From: a bacterium
GTDB lineage: Bacteria > SAR324 > NAC60-12
Assembly (NCBI GenBank): GCA_965209155.1
Contig: OZ242383.1
Location: forward strand, 480,001 to 544,000
Direction: 5' to 3'
DNA: 64,000 nt
Part shown: piece after piece, positions 7,428 to 16,774 of the stretch
Numbering within the stretch: the first letter of the stretch is position 1
Layout of the letters: every line of letters begins with the position of its first letter
Made by a program: the position numbers and the translations under genes
Notes under the pieces: model-generated
Seen by the model: the letters and a program-made list of their open reading frames with translations, nothing else
Told to the model about the DNA's origin: nothing
The model's database searches: none

Positions 7428-9224
7428 ATGGATCATCAAAAAAGTAAATCAACCTTCAGTGCCATCCTGCTGTCCCTCACCCTGATGGTGGCCGCCCTTG
7501 GGATCAGTTCGGCTGTCGGGGCTGAGAAAAAGATGGTCAAAGATCCCAGCACTGGTAAAATGGTGAGTGCACCTGAGTATGGCGGGACATTGACCTATTC
7601 GCAGCCTTATAACCCTCCGAGTCCTGACGTCTTTATCCATCACGATGCGGCAGAAGCCCTCGGTGTGGTTGTAGAGACGCTAGCCATCGCGGACTGGGCA
7701 CTGGATAGGGACGTATTTAACTATAGAACAACGTACATGCCTGAATTTGTCTGGCGAGGGCACTTGGCGGAGAGCTGGGATACACCCGACCCACTAACTA
7801 TCGTCTTGCATATCCGCAAGGGTGTTAACTGGCACGATAAGGCGCCGATGAACGGTCGGGAGCTAACTGCCAAGGATATCGAATATAACTTGCACCGTTA
7901 TTTGGGTCTGGGCAGTGGCTTCACCGCACCGAATCCCAAGTACGCCACGCACCCGATGATTACACTGCCATGGGAATCGGTAACGGCCACCGACGATCGG
8001 ACGGTTGTTTTCAGGCTGAAGAAGGCAGACCCCAACGCGCTAAAGCAAATTTTATATAGCTTCATGACTTTTATATACCCGCCTGAGGTAATCAAGGAAC
8101 ACGGCGACCTTTCCGATTGGCGTAATGTGGTCGGCACCGGGCCCTTTGAGCTGACTGACTGGGTCGAGGGCAGCTCTATGACCTGGATCAAGAATCCGGA
8201 CTACTGGGGGTACGACGAAAAATACCCGGAGAATCGCTTGCCCTATCTTGACAGGTTAGAGATGCTGGTTATGCCAGACATAGCAACACGTATGGCGGCA
8301 TTACGCTCGGGAAAGATTGATGGACTGGCTGCGTTTCTCGGCTGGAGTCAAATGAAGTCTATGGACCAGGTAGACAGCCTTAAGAAGACCAACCCCGAAC
8401 TGGTGATAGAGCCGTTTTCATTTCGGTCGATGTCGTCTTGGACTGTTAACACGAGGAGGGCGCCCTTTGACGACGTCAGGGTACGCCACGCATTGCAGAT
8501 GGCACTGGACCTTGACACCATTAACGCTTCGTACTGGAAGGGTTATGCCGATACGACACCCCAGGGGAGGATAGGGGCAGGTACGGTTGGGTATTTCACC
8601 CCATTTGCAGACTGGCCTGAAGAGGTCAAGGGATACTATACCTATGACCCGGCAGGGGCAGAAGCGTTGCTTGATGAGGCTGGATATCCGCGCGGCGCCG
8701 ACGGCATTAGATTCAAGATCGTCTTGGAAGTGAGCCTCCCGATTTTTAAAACCTATTTACAGAATGCCGAATTAGCTGCCTCCTACTGGGCTGCGATTGG
8801 CGTTGATGTAGAGGTTAGGGAGACGGAGACTTCTGTTCTCAGGGCAAGGGTTGATGAAGGTGATTATGATATGATCACTACTTCTTCGGGTTCGGATACC
8901 GGGGCTATGGGGCTTATAATGCAAAACACGTCGGACTCTACTTACAACACCCCCAACGTCCGGGACCCGGTTTTTGACGCCATGGTTGCAGAGGCCCAAG
9001 CCGCTACCACCATTGAGGAGCGGAAGAGGCTGATTAAACCGATAGATATGTACATAACAGAAAAGCACTGGTTTATATGGGGTTCTAGAGTTCCAACGAT
9101 GAACGTGCTCCAGCCGTGGGTCATCGGTTATAACGGTGAATACGAACTGGGATCGGTGGACCGTCAATTAATAGCGGCCCGCCTCTGGATTGATAGTGCG
9201 CTGAAGAAAGAAATGGGGCATTAG
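7428..9224 (+). CDS. ABC substrate-binding protein, family 5 (alternative in-frame start at 7320)
   Basis: AAAGGA RBS, signal-peptide-like MDHQKSKSTFSAILLSLTLMVAALG..AVGA, PEYGGTL and other SBP_bac_5 motifs. Confidence 0.93.
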   Translation: MDHQKSKSTFSAILLSLTLMVAALGISSAVGAEKKMVKDPSTGKMVSAPEYGGTLTYSQPYNPPSPDVFIHHDAAEALGVVVETLAIADWALDRDVFNYRTTYMPEFVWRGHLAESWDTPDPLTIVLHIRKGVNWHDKAPMNGRELTAKDIEYNLHRYLGLGSGFTAPNPKYATHPMITLPWESVTATDDRTVVFRLKKADPNALKQILYSFMTFIYPPEVIKEHGDLSDWRNVVGTGPFELTDWVEGSSMTWIKNPDYWGYDEKYPENRLPYLDRLEMLVMPDIATRMAALRSGKIDGLAAFLGWSQMKSMDQVDSLKKTNPELVIEPFSFRSMSSWTVNTRRAPFDDVRVRHALQMALDLDTINASYWKGYADTTPQGRIGAGTVGYFTPFADWPEEVKGYYTYDPAGAEALLDEAGYPRGADGIRFKIVLEVSLPIFKTYLQNAELAASYWAAIGVDVEVRETETSVLRARVDEGDYDMITTSSGSDTGAMGLIMQNTSDSTYNTPNVRDPVFDAMVAEAQAATTIEERKRLIKPIDMYITEKHWFIWGSRVPTMNVLQPWVIGYNGEYELGSVDRQLIAARLWIDSALKKEMGH

Positions 9225-9233
9225 AGGTTTCAA

Positions 9234-10241
9234 ATGAGAGCCTATCTCATTAGGCGGTTATTGCTGATAATCCCCACCTTGTTTATATTGAGCATCATAG
9301 TCTTTCTCTCCGTCCGCTTCATCCCCGGCGATATAGTAGACGCGATGGTGGCTCAGATCGAACGCAGCCAACCCGGTGGGACGATTGACCGTGAAGCTTT
9401 GGAGCGTATGCTGGGATTAGACGTGCCTGTATACGTGCAGTATGGACGCTGGATAGGAGTGTTGCCGACTCCTGAATGGGTTACCGGTGAGTCCCACTTC
9501 AAAGGTCTTCTCCAGGGCAACCTTGGCCACTCCATGATTCGCGGCAAGGTGGCGGTAGACGAGTTGATAATAGGTAGACTGCCGGTAACCCTGGAGCTTG
9601 GTGTCCTGGCAATCGTAATCGGGCTGTTGATCGCGCTGCCTGTTGGTATCTACTCAGCAATTCGCCAGGATACCGCCGCCGACTACGCAGGGCGAACCGT
9701 CGCCATCATCGGCCTGGCAACGCCCAACTTCTGGCTGGGAATGATGGTCATGATCTTCCCGGCAATCTGGTGGGGCTGGACGCCCCCGCTGAAGCTGATT
9801 CCTTTCAGCGAAGACCCGTTGGGCAATCTCGGCATGTTCCTCCTTCCCAGCCTGATCGTGGGGACGGCCACGGCTGCCAGCACCATGCGGATGACGCGGA
9901 CCATGATGCTTGAGGTGCTCAGGCAGGACTATATCAGGACCTCCTGGTCCAAGGGTCTCAAGGAGCGGGTCGTCGTTCTGAGACACGCCCTGAAGAATGC
10001 ACTCATCCCGGTAGTCACCCTGATCGGCATGGAGTTGCCGATCGTGGTTGGTGGCGCTGTTATCATGGAGAACATCTTCAACCTGCCGGGGCTGGGTCAG
10101 CTCATGGTGAATGCCCTGACTGACAGAGACTACCCGCTGATCTCCGGGATCAACCTGTTTTTCGCCACGGTGGTTGTGGGGATCAATCTCATGATCGACC
10201 TGATTTATGCTTTCTTGGACCCCAGGGTCCGTTATAAATAA
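9234..10241 (+). CDS. Peptide/nickel ABC permease (DppB-like)
   Basis: Paralogue of 1546-2499. Confidence 0.95.
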   Translation: MRAYLIRRLLLIIPTLFILSIIVFLSVRFIPGDIVDAMVAQIERSQPGGTIDREALERMLGLDVPVYVQYGRWIGVLPTPEWVTGESHFKGLLQGNLGHSMIRGKVAVDELIIGRLPVTLELGVLAIVIGLLIALPVGIYSAIRQDTAADYAGRTVAIIGLATPNFWLGMMVMIFPAIWWGWTPPLKLIPFSEDPLGNLGMFLLPSLIVGTATAASTMRMTRTMMLEVLRQDYIRTSWSKGLKERVVVLRHALKNALIPVVTLIGMELPIVVGGAVIMENIFNLPGLGQLMVNALTDRDYPLISGINLFFATVVVGINLMIDLIYAFLDPRVRYK

Positions 10242-10257
10242 AGGAAAAACAGAGAGT

Positions 10258-11229
10258 ATGAGTAACGCCACAGGGATACCATCAGCAGCAAGTGCGCCAA
10301 AGAGACGTTCCCGGCTGGCTGATTTCTTTACCAGGCTGGTCAAGGAGAAGCCACTAGGTACTGTCAGCGGGATTATCATATTGATATTGATTCTAGTCGC
10401 TATCTTTGCTGATGTTCTGGCTCCCTATCCACATGGTAAAGTATTCCTGATTGACAGGTTGCAGGGCCCATCAGCACAGTACCTGCTGGGTACCGACGGG
10501 TTGGGGCGAGACCTCTTGAGCCGCCTGATCTACGGGGCTCGTATTTCGTTATTTGTCGGTCTGGCGGCGACCACTCTCAATGTTTTGGTCGCCGTCCTGC
10601 TCGGCGGCACTTCAGGATTCCTTGGTGGGAAATTCGACTTGGCGGTGCAGAGATTTGTCGATGCCTGGATTGCATTCCCCGGACTGCTCATATTGTTAAC
10701 CATCATGTCCATAGTGGGGCGGGGTGTGCTACAGATAATAGTGGTCCTGGGGATCGCCGGAGGCATCGGCGCTTCCCGAGTCGTCAGAGGCGCCGTTATT
10801 GGTGTTAAAGAGAATGACTATTTTCTGGCAGCCAGGGCTGTGGGGACCCCCACGAGCCTCATCCTGTTACGCCATGTCCTGCCCAATATTATGGCGCCTG
10901 TCATCATCATATTCAGCATCAACATCGGTGGCGTCATCCTGAGTGCGGCTTCTCTGAGCTTTCTCGGATTTGGGCTGCCCCCCGCGGTTCCGGAGTGGGG
11001 AGGTCTGCTCAGCCGGGACGGGCGTGAGTACATGGAGATGGCGCCATACCTGGCTTTCTGGCCTGGTCTTTGCCTGACTATTACCATTTACAGTCTAAAC
11101 ATGTTCGGCGATGCAGTAAGAGACCTGCTCGACCCCAGGCTCAGGGGAGGTCAGGGCAGCTACGGCACTTCTTTGGTGAAACGCAAACGAGGATTCCTGG
11201 CCCGACTGATCAACCCCTTCAAATGGTAA
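10258..11229 (+). CDS. Peptide/nickel ABC permease (DppC-like)
   Basis: LLGTDGLGRDLLSRLIYGARISL, RHVLPN, GDAVRDLLDPR; start taken at MSNATG by comparison with 16942. Confidence 0.95.
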   Translation: MSNATGIPSAASAPKRRSRLADFFTRLVKEKPLGTVSGIIILILILVAIFADVLAPYPHGKVFLIDRLQGPSAQYLLGTDGLGRDLLSRLIYGARISLFVGLAATTLNVLVAVLLGGTSGFLGGKFDLAVQRFVDAWIAFPGLLILLTIMSIVGRGVLQIIVVLGIAGGIGASRVVRGAVIGVKENDYFLAARAVGTPTSLILLRHVLPNIMAPVIIIFSINIGGVILSAASLSFLGFGLPPAVPEWGGLLSRDGREYMEMAPYLAFWPGLCLTITIYSLNMFGDAVRDLLDPRLRGGQGSYGTSLVKRKRGFLARLINPFKW

Positions 11230-11234
11230 CCGCA

Positions 11235-11287
11235 CAAAAAATTTTGAAAATCCTCGCTTGCTGATGGGAAGCCATGGCAAACACTAC
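11235..11287 (+). repeat. Conserved motif 3' of dppC (second copy 17914-17967)
   Basis: CAAAAAATTTTGAAAATCCTCGCTTGCTGATGGGAAGCCATGGCAA vs CAAAAAAATTGTGAAAACCCTCGCTTGCTGGCGAGAAGCCATGGCAA. Confidence 0.8.
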
Positions 11288-11329
11288 CTCTTCACGATTT
11301 TGATCCTGCTCTTTTGTCCCTTCAAGAGT

Positions 11330-11456
11330 GCCTAACTTTTTGGATAAGCTGCTTGGTGGGTTCCACTGAACATGGGAAATGAGATGATTTGGATATCTTT
11401 CACACAACTTGAAAAAAACCGCACCCACCAAGTCAGTCTTTATCTGTTTGTTGGGT
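11330..11456 (-). other. Integron attC site (127 bp) closing the MNT-HEPN cassette
   Basis: Minus strand ACCCAAC-AAACA-GATAA[A]G[A]CTG[A]CTTGGTGGGT ... ACCCACCAAGCAGCTTATC-CAAAAA-GTTAGGC. Confidence 0.85.
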
Positions 11457-11879
11457 TGTTTCTTTATTTTTCAACGCCTTTTGTAGTTCATTTGGTAACA
11501 ACGAAATCACAAAATCCACCATCTCTTCTGCTTGCTTGAGCCCTTCCTCCATCTCTTCACTCGTGGGTTCCATGATCTCACCAGGATAACGGAATTCCGT
11601 GGCATACGGGGTTAATAGATCTGCCGAATCTTCATATTTGACAAACGCTGAGTTTATAGATATTGCCAATTGTACCAGCAAACGGATATCATGTGTTTTA
11701 GGAAACTCTTTATCATGTAAGACCAGAAAACCTTTCACCGCCTTTTCTGCTGCTTGCTGGCAATGATAGATGGCTACATCATAGAATTGCTCGTCATCAC
11801 GTTGCAATTTCTTTGAAACAGCCAAGTCATGACTCGCTTTGATCAGCCAATTTTTGACCAAAATGGCTTTATCCTCCAT
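11433..11879 (-). CDS. HEPN domain protein (toxin of an MNT-HEPN pair)
   Basis: WLIKASHDL...AIYHCQQAAEKAVKGFL...PKTHDI...LTPYATEFRYPG. Confidence 0.92.
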   Translation of the reverse strand: MEDKAILVKNWLIKASHDLAVSKKLQRDDEQFYDVAIYHCQQAAEKAVKGFLVLHDKEFPKTHDIRLLVQLAISINSAFVKYEDSADLLTPYATEFRYPGEIMEPTSEEMEEGLKQAEEMVDFVISLLPNELQKALKNKETTQQTDKD

Positions 11880-12189
11880 AAAGCAGTTTACCCCTGTGTA
11901 ATATTTGATATTCTAAGGCGGCCGGAACCTCAGAAAATTTTTTGACTTCTTTTCGCGTTTTTACCAAAATATCTAAAGGATAGGGAATATCTCTCAAGAG
12001 ACGATAAGCAAAAGAAGCTCGCTTTGCAGGGGAAAGTTCACTATTTTTGACAATCACTAATAAATCCAAATCACTGTCTTGATGAGGATTTCCCCACACA
12101 TGAGAGCCAAAGAAAAAAATTTGCTCTGGTGCAAACTCTTCGACCAGACGCTTTGTAATCTCCTCTAATACCTGATCGATTGATTCCAT
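11869..12189 (-). CDS. Minimal nucleotidyltransferase (MNT) antitoxin
   Basis: FFGSHVWG.P..DSDLDLLVI (GS...DxD); start taken at MESIDQ. Confidence 0.92.
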   Translation of the reverse strand: MESIDQVLEEITKRLVEEFAPEQIFFFGSHVWGNPHQDSDLDLLVIVKNSELSPAKRASFAYRLLRDIPYPLDILVKTRKEVKKFSEVPAALEYQILHRGKLLYGG

Positions 12190-12759
12190 ATTACTTGCTC
12201 GTTTATGATACAGATGATTATTTTTGTGATTTTCAACGACAAGTTCTCCCATTTTTCACCATAGCATAAGAAGGGAAATTATACTTCTAAATTCATGTTG
12301 CTTGATGAGCGAACCGGCTGTTGTGTAAATCGGGAGCAACGACTTGTTCAGTGATTTTGATTATTTTTCAGAAGGAGCGTCTTTCTTGATATTTTGTAAT
12401 TTGTCTCTGAGGCTGCATCGGCAAGACAAGCATCAATACCCTCTGCCTTCTAATTCGGAAAGAGGTTTCCCAGTTATCTCAGCGGACCCTCGAAACGCCT
12501 GCCGAGAGTGCATCAGTCTTTGAAATGATTTGCTCTGAATCCCATGCTTTTCGTTCCGGGAAGGGCAGGATTGCTCCATATTTTCAAGGACTGACACAGA
12601 GAGCAGCGAGGATCAAGCCCAGGATGACACCAGCACTCGCTACTGAGGAATCAAGGTGAGCAAAAAAAATCGATTGACCTCCTCTGAATATTGTTATATA
12701 GAGAGGATACTGAAGGGGATAATGAAATCTACCAGGATATTGCCATCATCGTTCTTTTG

Positions 12760-13028
12760 TGATAGTTTTCAAGAAATCGCCTTGGGCTGACAAAAGGGCA
12801 ATTTTGGTAGTTCTCACGAAAACGTCTTTGGTGGAAGGTTTTTAAGAATTTCGGCTTGTTTTTCTTTTTCTTTTTTGATAATTTTCAACGAAATCTGCCT
12901 TGGGCTGACGGAGGGCAATTTTGATAACTCTCACGAAAACGCCTTGGGCTGAAGGGTTTTAAGAATTTCGGCTAGTTTTTCTTTTATGATAGTTCTCAAC
13001 GAAATCGCCTCGGGCTGACGGTTTTATT
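12760..13028. repeat. Five-copy ~32-bp motif arranged as an A-B-A-B-A array
   Basis: Consensus TGATAGTTCTCA(A)CGAAA(T/A)CGCCTTGGGCTGA at 12760, 12805, 12876, 12922 and 12987. Confidence 0.88.
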
Positions 13029-13432
13029 TCAAATTCGCTCATATTTTAGCCGAAAGTCAGGTAAAACCTCATATCCTCACCAGAGGATTTTTAGAAACGT
13101 TCAACAGAGAATGGAAAAGTGGCAAAAAGGTTGACTTCTTTCTCTCAATATTAAAAAGTATTTTCGTTGATCATCAGAAGACATTCATGAACGAGTCACC
13201 CTTTTCAAAAAAACCTTGATATATTTGCAGAGCGATTATACTATTTCCAGGTATGAGAAAAATTTGCTTTAAATGACTAAATCGGATCCGTCTTAAAAAA
13301 TATGTTGATTTTTTTCTGGATATAAAATATTTTCCTTAATGAGTCGCTGTCGCGAAATGGCTTTTCGCTGTCAGCTATCAATCAGGATGACATGAAAGTC
13401 TGAAATTAACCCGTTTCAAGTATAAAAATTTC

Positions 13433-13461
13433 TTGACAAAAGGTTAATATGAGAGTATCAT
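13433..13461 (+). promoter_or_regulatory. Sigma70-type promoter
   Basis: TTGACA-17 nt-TATCAT. Confidence 0.75.
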
Positions 13462-13466
13462 TCAAT

Positions 13467-13564
13467 CACCCGGCACCCGGCACCCGGCACCCGGCACCCG
13501 GCACCCGGCACCCGGCACCCGGCACCCGGCACCCGGCACCCGGCACCCGGCACCCGGCACCCAG
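13467..13564 (+). repeat. Perfect heptamer tandem repeat (CACCCGG)x13 plus CACCCAG
   Basis: Direct count; followed by degenerate heptads. Confidence 0.98.
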
Positions 13565-13802
13565 TTCCCACGTTCTAAATCTCAAGTCCCCAGTTCATTG
13601 GGTTGTCCCACCTTATCTCATCTCGACATCAGGGAGAGATCCTTGAGATCCCTCGTTCTCCGTTCCGGGAACGGAACGGTAATGGGGTATTTGGAAAATC
13701 ATCGACGCCTGAATGCGTCGGTTTATGGTTCATTGCTCAATCCTGGAGCCATGAATCTTTTTTTGATCACGCCAAAATGAAGGAGACCCAATGTATAGAG
13801 AA

Positions 13803-13959
13803 ATCGTCGAGAACGTGCTTTCGGGAACGAAAGCAGGTTTTAAAGCAACACGTAATCTTATTTTTAATCAAAAAGCAGAAAGGAGCACCATGAATCGTCA
13901 AAAAAGTAGAAGAATCGTCGAGAACGTGCTTTCGGGAACGAAAGCAGGTTTTAAAGCAA
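13803..13959 (+). promoter_or_regulatory. Tandem leader hairpin motif, copies B1 (13803-13853) and B2 (13914-13959)
   Basis: ATCGTCGAGAACGTGCTTTCG-GGAA-CGAAAGCAGGTTTTAAAGCAA twice, 111 bp apart. Confidence 0.6.
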
Positions 13960-13994
13960 TCCTTAATTTTGAACATGCAATCGAAAGGAATAAG

Positions 13995-15791
13995 ATGGAT
14001 ACTCAAAAAAGCAAATCAACCGTCAGTGCAATCCTGCTGTCCCTCACCCTGATGGTGACAGCCTTTTGGGTCAGTCCGGCTGCAGCCCAGAAGTATGTGA
14101 CCGATCCCACAACTGGTAAGGTCGTGACTGCACCTGAGTACGGCGGGACACTCACGGTAGCTCAGGGCTGGGAACCCCCGGGTATAGACCACCACGTCGC
14201 TCATTTTGTAGTGTCGGTCTACACCGCTGGCGTTTTAGAGAAGCTGGGCATGGGGGACTGGGGACTTGACAGGGACGTATGGGACTTTAGAACCGCGTTC
14301 ACACCTGAGTCTTTCCAAACGGGGGCGCTGGCGGAAAGCTGGGAGCAACCCGACCCCCTGACTTATATCTTCCACATCCGCAAGGGCGTCTACTGGCACG
14401 ACAAAGCACCGATGAATGGGAGGGAATTGACCGCCAGGGACGTAGAATATAACTTTCACCGCATGACGGGTCTGGGCAGCGGCTATACCGAACCTTCCGA
14501 GTTCCGGATCAATTTACAAAATGTGCCATTCGAATCGGTAACGGCCACCGACCAATATACGGTTGTTATGAAGCTAAAGGAGCCATCCCTGGCTGCGCTG
14601 GCGATCCTCATCGACGATCCCCTCACGTTCATATACCCCCCCGAGGTAATCGAGGAACACGGGGACGCTAACGATTGGAGGAACCTGGTCGGCACCGGGC
14701 CCTGGATGATAACTGACTTGGTCGACGGCAGCTCTCTGACCTACACCAAGAACCCCAACTACTGGGGCTACGACGAAAAATACCCGGAGAACCGCTTACC
14801 CTATATTGACAAGGTAGAGAGACTACTCATGACGGACTCGGCAACGCGTCTGGCGGCAATGCGCACAGGTCAGGTTGCTTACCTTGGTATGGGCGTGAGT
14901 GCCCCCCCCAATCTCGAAGATGTAGAGAGCCTCCAGAAGACCAACCCCGAAATCGTGGTTTATACGTATTCCTTCCGGTCGGATCATGGCTATGCCCTTA
15001 ACGTGACCAAGCCGCCCTTTGACGATATCAGGGTGCGCCGGGCAATGCAGATGGCGCTGGACCTCGAGACACTGAGCACTAGCTTCTGGAAGGCTTATGC
15101 CCCCGACCCGACACCTCAAGGGATGATACACAAGAAGCAAAAGGCATGGAGCACCCCATTTGAAGAGTGGCCCGAAGAGATCAAGGGATACTATACCTAT
15201 GACCCGGAAGGGGCTGAGAGGCTCCTTGACGAGGCAGGGTATACGAGGGGCGTCGACGGCATTCGATTTAGGACCAACGGGGATTTCACGGAATCCTGGA
15301 ATTTTTCACGATGGCATCCGGCGGTCGCCGACTACTGGAAAAAGATTGGCGTTGACGTACAGGTTCAACTTACGCCGCTGGCGAACATTCCGGCGTGGAC
15401 TGCTCGTATCAAGGCTCTGGAGCAAGGTATGACGACGGCAGTCACGTCGGTCAAATATCTCCCTTCCTCTTGGATGACCTCCGAGCATCACTCGACCCTT
15501 TCTAAGTTTAACCGCTCGGGAGTCAGTGACCCGACTTATGATGCCCTGGCTGAAGCCGTCGCAGCCGCTACCACCATCGAGGAGCAGATGAGGTTGGTCA
15601 AAGAGGCAGATATGTATTCGGTAGAGCAGCACTGGTACGTATGGGGTCCTGTCCAACCATGGTTCGAAGTGTACCAGCCGTGGGTCATAGGTTTTAACGG
15701 GGAAATCGAGCTCGGACACATGAACCGTGCTCCTGTCATATGGTCCCGCCTCTGGATTGATAGTGAGCTGAAGGCAGCAATGGGTCATTAG
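13995..15791 (+). CDS. ABC substrate-binding protein, family 5 (alternative in-frame starts at 13791 and 13890)
   Basis: AAAGGA RBS, signal-peptide-like MDTQKSKSTVSAILLSLTLMV..PAAA, SBP_bac_5 motifs. Confidence 0.93.
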   Translation: MDTQKSKSTVSAILLSLTLMVTAFWVSPAAAQKYVTDPTTGKVVTAPEYGGTLTVAQGWEPPGIDHHVAHFVVSVYTAGVLEKLGMGDWGLDRDVWDFRTAFTPESFQTGALAESWEQPDPLTYIFHIRKGVYWHDKAPMNGRELTARDVEYNFHRMTGLGSGYTEPSEFRINLQNVPFESVTATDQYTVVMKLKEPSLAALAILIDDPLTFIYPPEVIEEHGDANDWRNLVGTGPWMITDLVDGSSLTYTKNPNYWGYDEKYPENRLPYIDKVERLLMTDSATRLAAMRTGQVAYLGMGVSAPPNLEDVESLQKTNPEIVVYTYSFRSDHGYALNVTKPPFDDIRVRRAMQMALDLETLSTSFWKAYAPDPTPQGMIHKKQKAWSTPFEEWPEEIKGYYTYDPEGAERLLDEAGYTRGVDGIRFRTNGDFTESWNFSRWHPAVADYWKKIGVDVQVQLTPLANIPAWTARIKALEQGMTTAVTSVKYLPSSWMTSEHHSTLSKFNRSGVSDPTYDALAEAVAAATTIEEQMRLVKEADMYSVEQHWYVWGPVQPWFEVYQPWVIGFNGEIELGHMNRAPVIWSRLWIDSELKAAMGH

Positions 15792-15801
15792 GGGGTTTCC
15801 C

Positions 15802-16755
15802 ATGAGAGCCTATATCATTAGGCGGCTATTGCTAATCATCCCCACCTTGTTTATTTTGAGCCTGATCGTCTTCTTTTCCGTCCGCTTCATCCCCGGCGGT
15901 GTAATAGACGCAATGGTGGCTAGGTCTGAATTCACGGGTACGGTAGACCGTGAAGCTCTTGAGCGCAGGCTGGGATTAGACTTGCCTGTCTGGGTGCAGT
16001 ATGGACGCTGGACAGGAAATATTTTCCGGCACGGCACCCTTGGCACGTCACTGTGGGGCGGTTTCACGGTAGAGGAGAAGATATTAGCCAGATTGCCGGT
16101 CACCCTTGAGCTGGGTCTCCTGGCAATTGTCATCGGGCTCGTGATCGCGCTGCCGGTGGGCATCTACTCGGCGATTCGCCAGGATACCATCGCCGATTAC
16201 GGGGGGCGCACCCTGGCTATCATCGGCCTGGCCACGCCGAACTTCTGGCTGGCCCTGATGGTCATGCTCTACCCGGCCATCTGGTGGAATTGGACGCCAC
16301 CGTTGAAGATGATCCCTTTTGTGAAAGACCCCCTGGGAAATCTGGGAGTGTTCATCGTCCCCAGCCTGATTCTGGGGACGGCCATGTCTGCCGCCACCAT
16401 GCGGATGACGCGCACCATGATGCTGGAGGTGCTCCGGCAGGACTTTATCCGCACTGCCTGGTCCAAGGGGCTCAAGGAGCGGATCATAGTGATCCGACAC
16501 ACTATCAAAAATGCCCTCATCCCGGTTATCACCCTGATCGGCCTGCAGTTGCCGATCCTGGTCGGGGGGGCGGTGATCATGGAGAACATCTTTAACCTGC
16601 CAGGGATCGGTAGTCTCTTGCTGAATGCCCTCACGGACCGAGACTACCCAATGGTTTCCGGAATCAACTTGTTCTTCGCCACCGGGGTAGTGCTGCTCAA
16701 TCTCCTCGTCGACCTGGTTTATCCTTATTTAGACCCCAGGATCCGGTATGAATAG
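15802..16755 (+). CDS. Peptide/nickel ABC permease (DppB-like)
   Basis: Paralogue of 1546-2499, same length (317 aa). Confidence 0.95.
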   Translation: MRAYIIRRLLLIIPTLFILSLIVFFSVRFIPGGVIDAMVARSEFTGTVDREALERRLGLDLPVWVQYGRWTGNIFRHGTLGTSLWGGFTVEEKILARLPVTLELGLLAIVIGLVIALPVGIYSAIRQDTIADYGGRTLAIIGLATPNFWLALMVMLYPAIWWNWTPPLKMIPFVKDPLGNLGVFIVPSLILGTAMSAATMRMTRTMMLEVLRQDFIRTAWSKGLKERIIVIRHTIKNALIPVITLIGLQLPILVGGAVIMENIFNLPGIGSLLLNALTDRDYPMVSGINLFFATGVVLLNLLVDLVYPYLDPRIRYE

Positions 16756-16774
16756 TATTCTGTGATTTTCTCAG

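Larger units (their letters stand above)
13080..13994 (+). repeat. Upstream leader module of ABC operon 3 (diverged duplicate of 6714-7427)
   Basis: Same blocks in the same order as 6714-7427. Confidence 0.9.

Noticed and set aside
12904..12940. Hammerhead ribozyme (CTGACGG...CGAAA)
   Set aside because: The core should be CUGANGA with stem II closing directly on GAAA; stems I and III could not be built
12760..13028. CRISPR array
   Set aside because: The linkers are themselves repeated (A-B-A-B) and uneven in length, the repeats carry indels, and no cas genes are present
13449..13646. ORF with HPAPGTR repeats
   Set aside because: It is just the translation of the heptamer tract, and its ATG lies inside the promoter spacer
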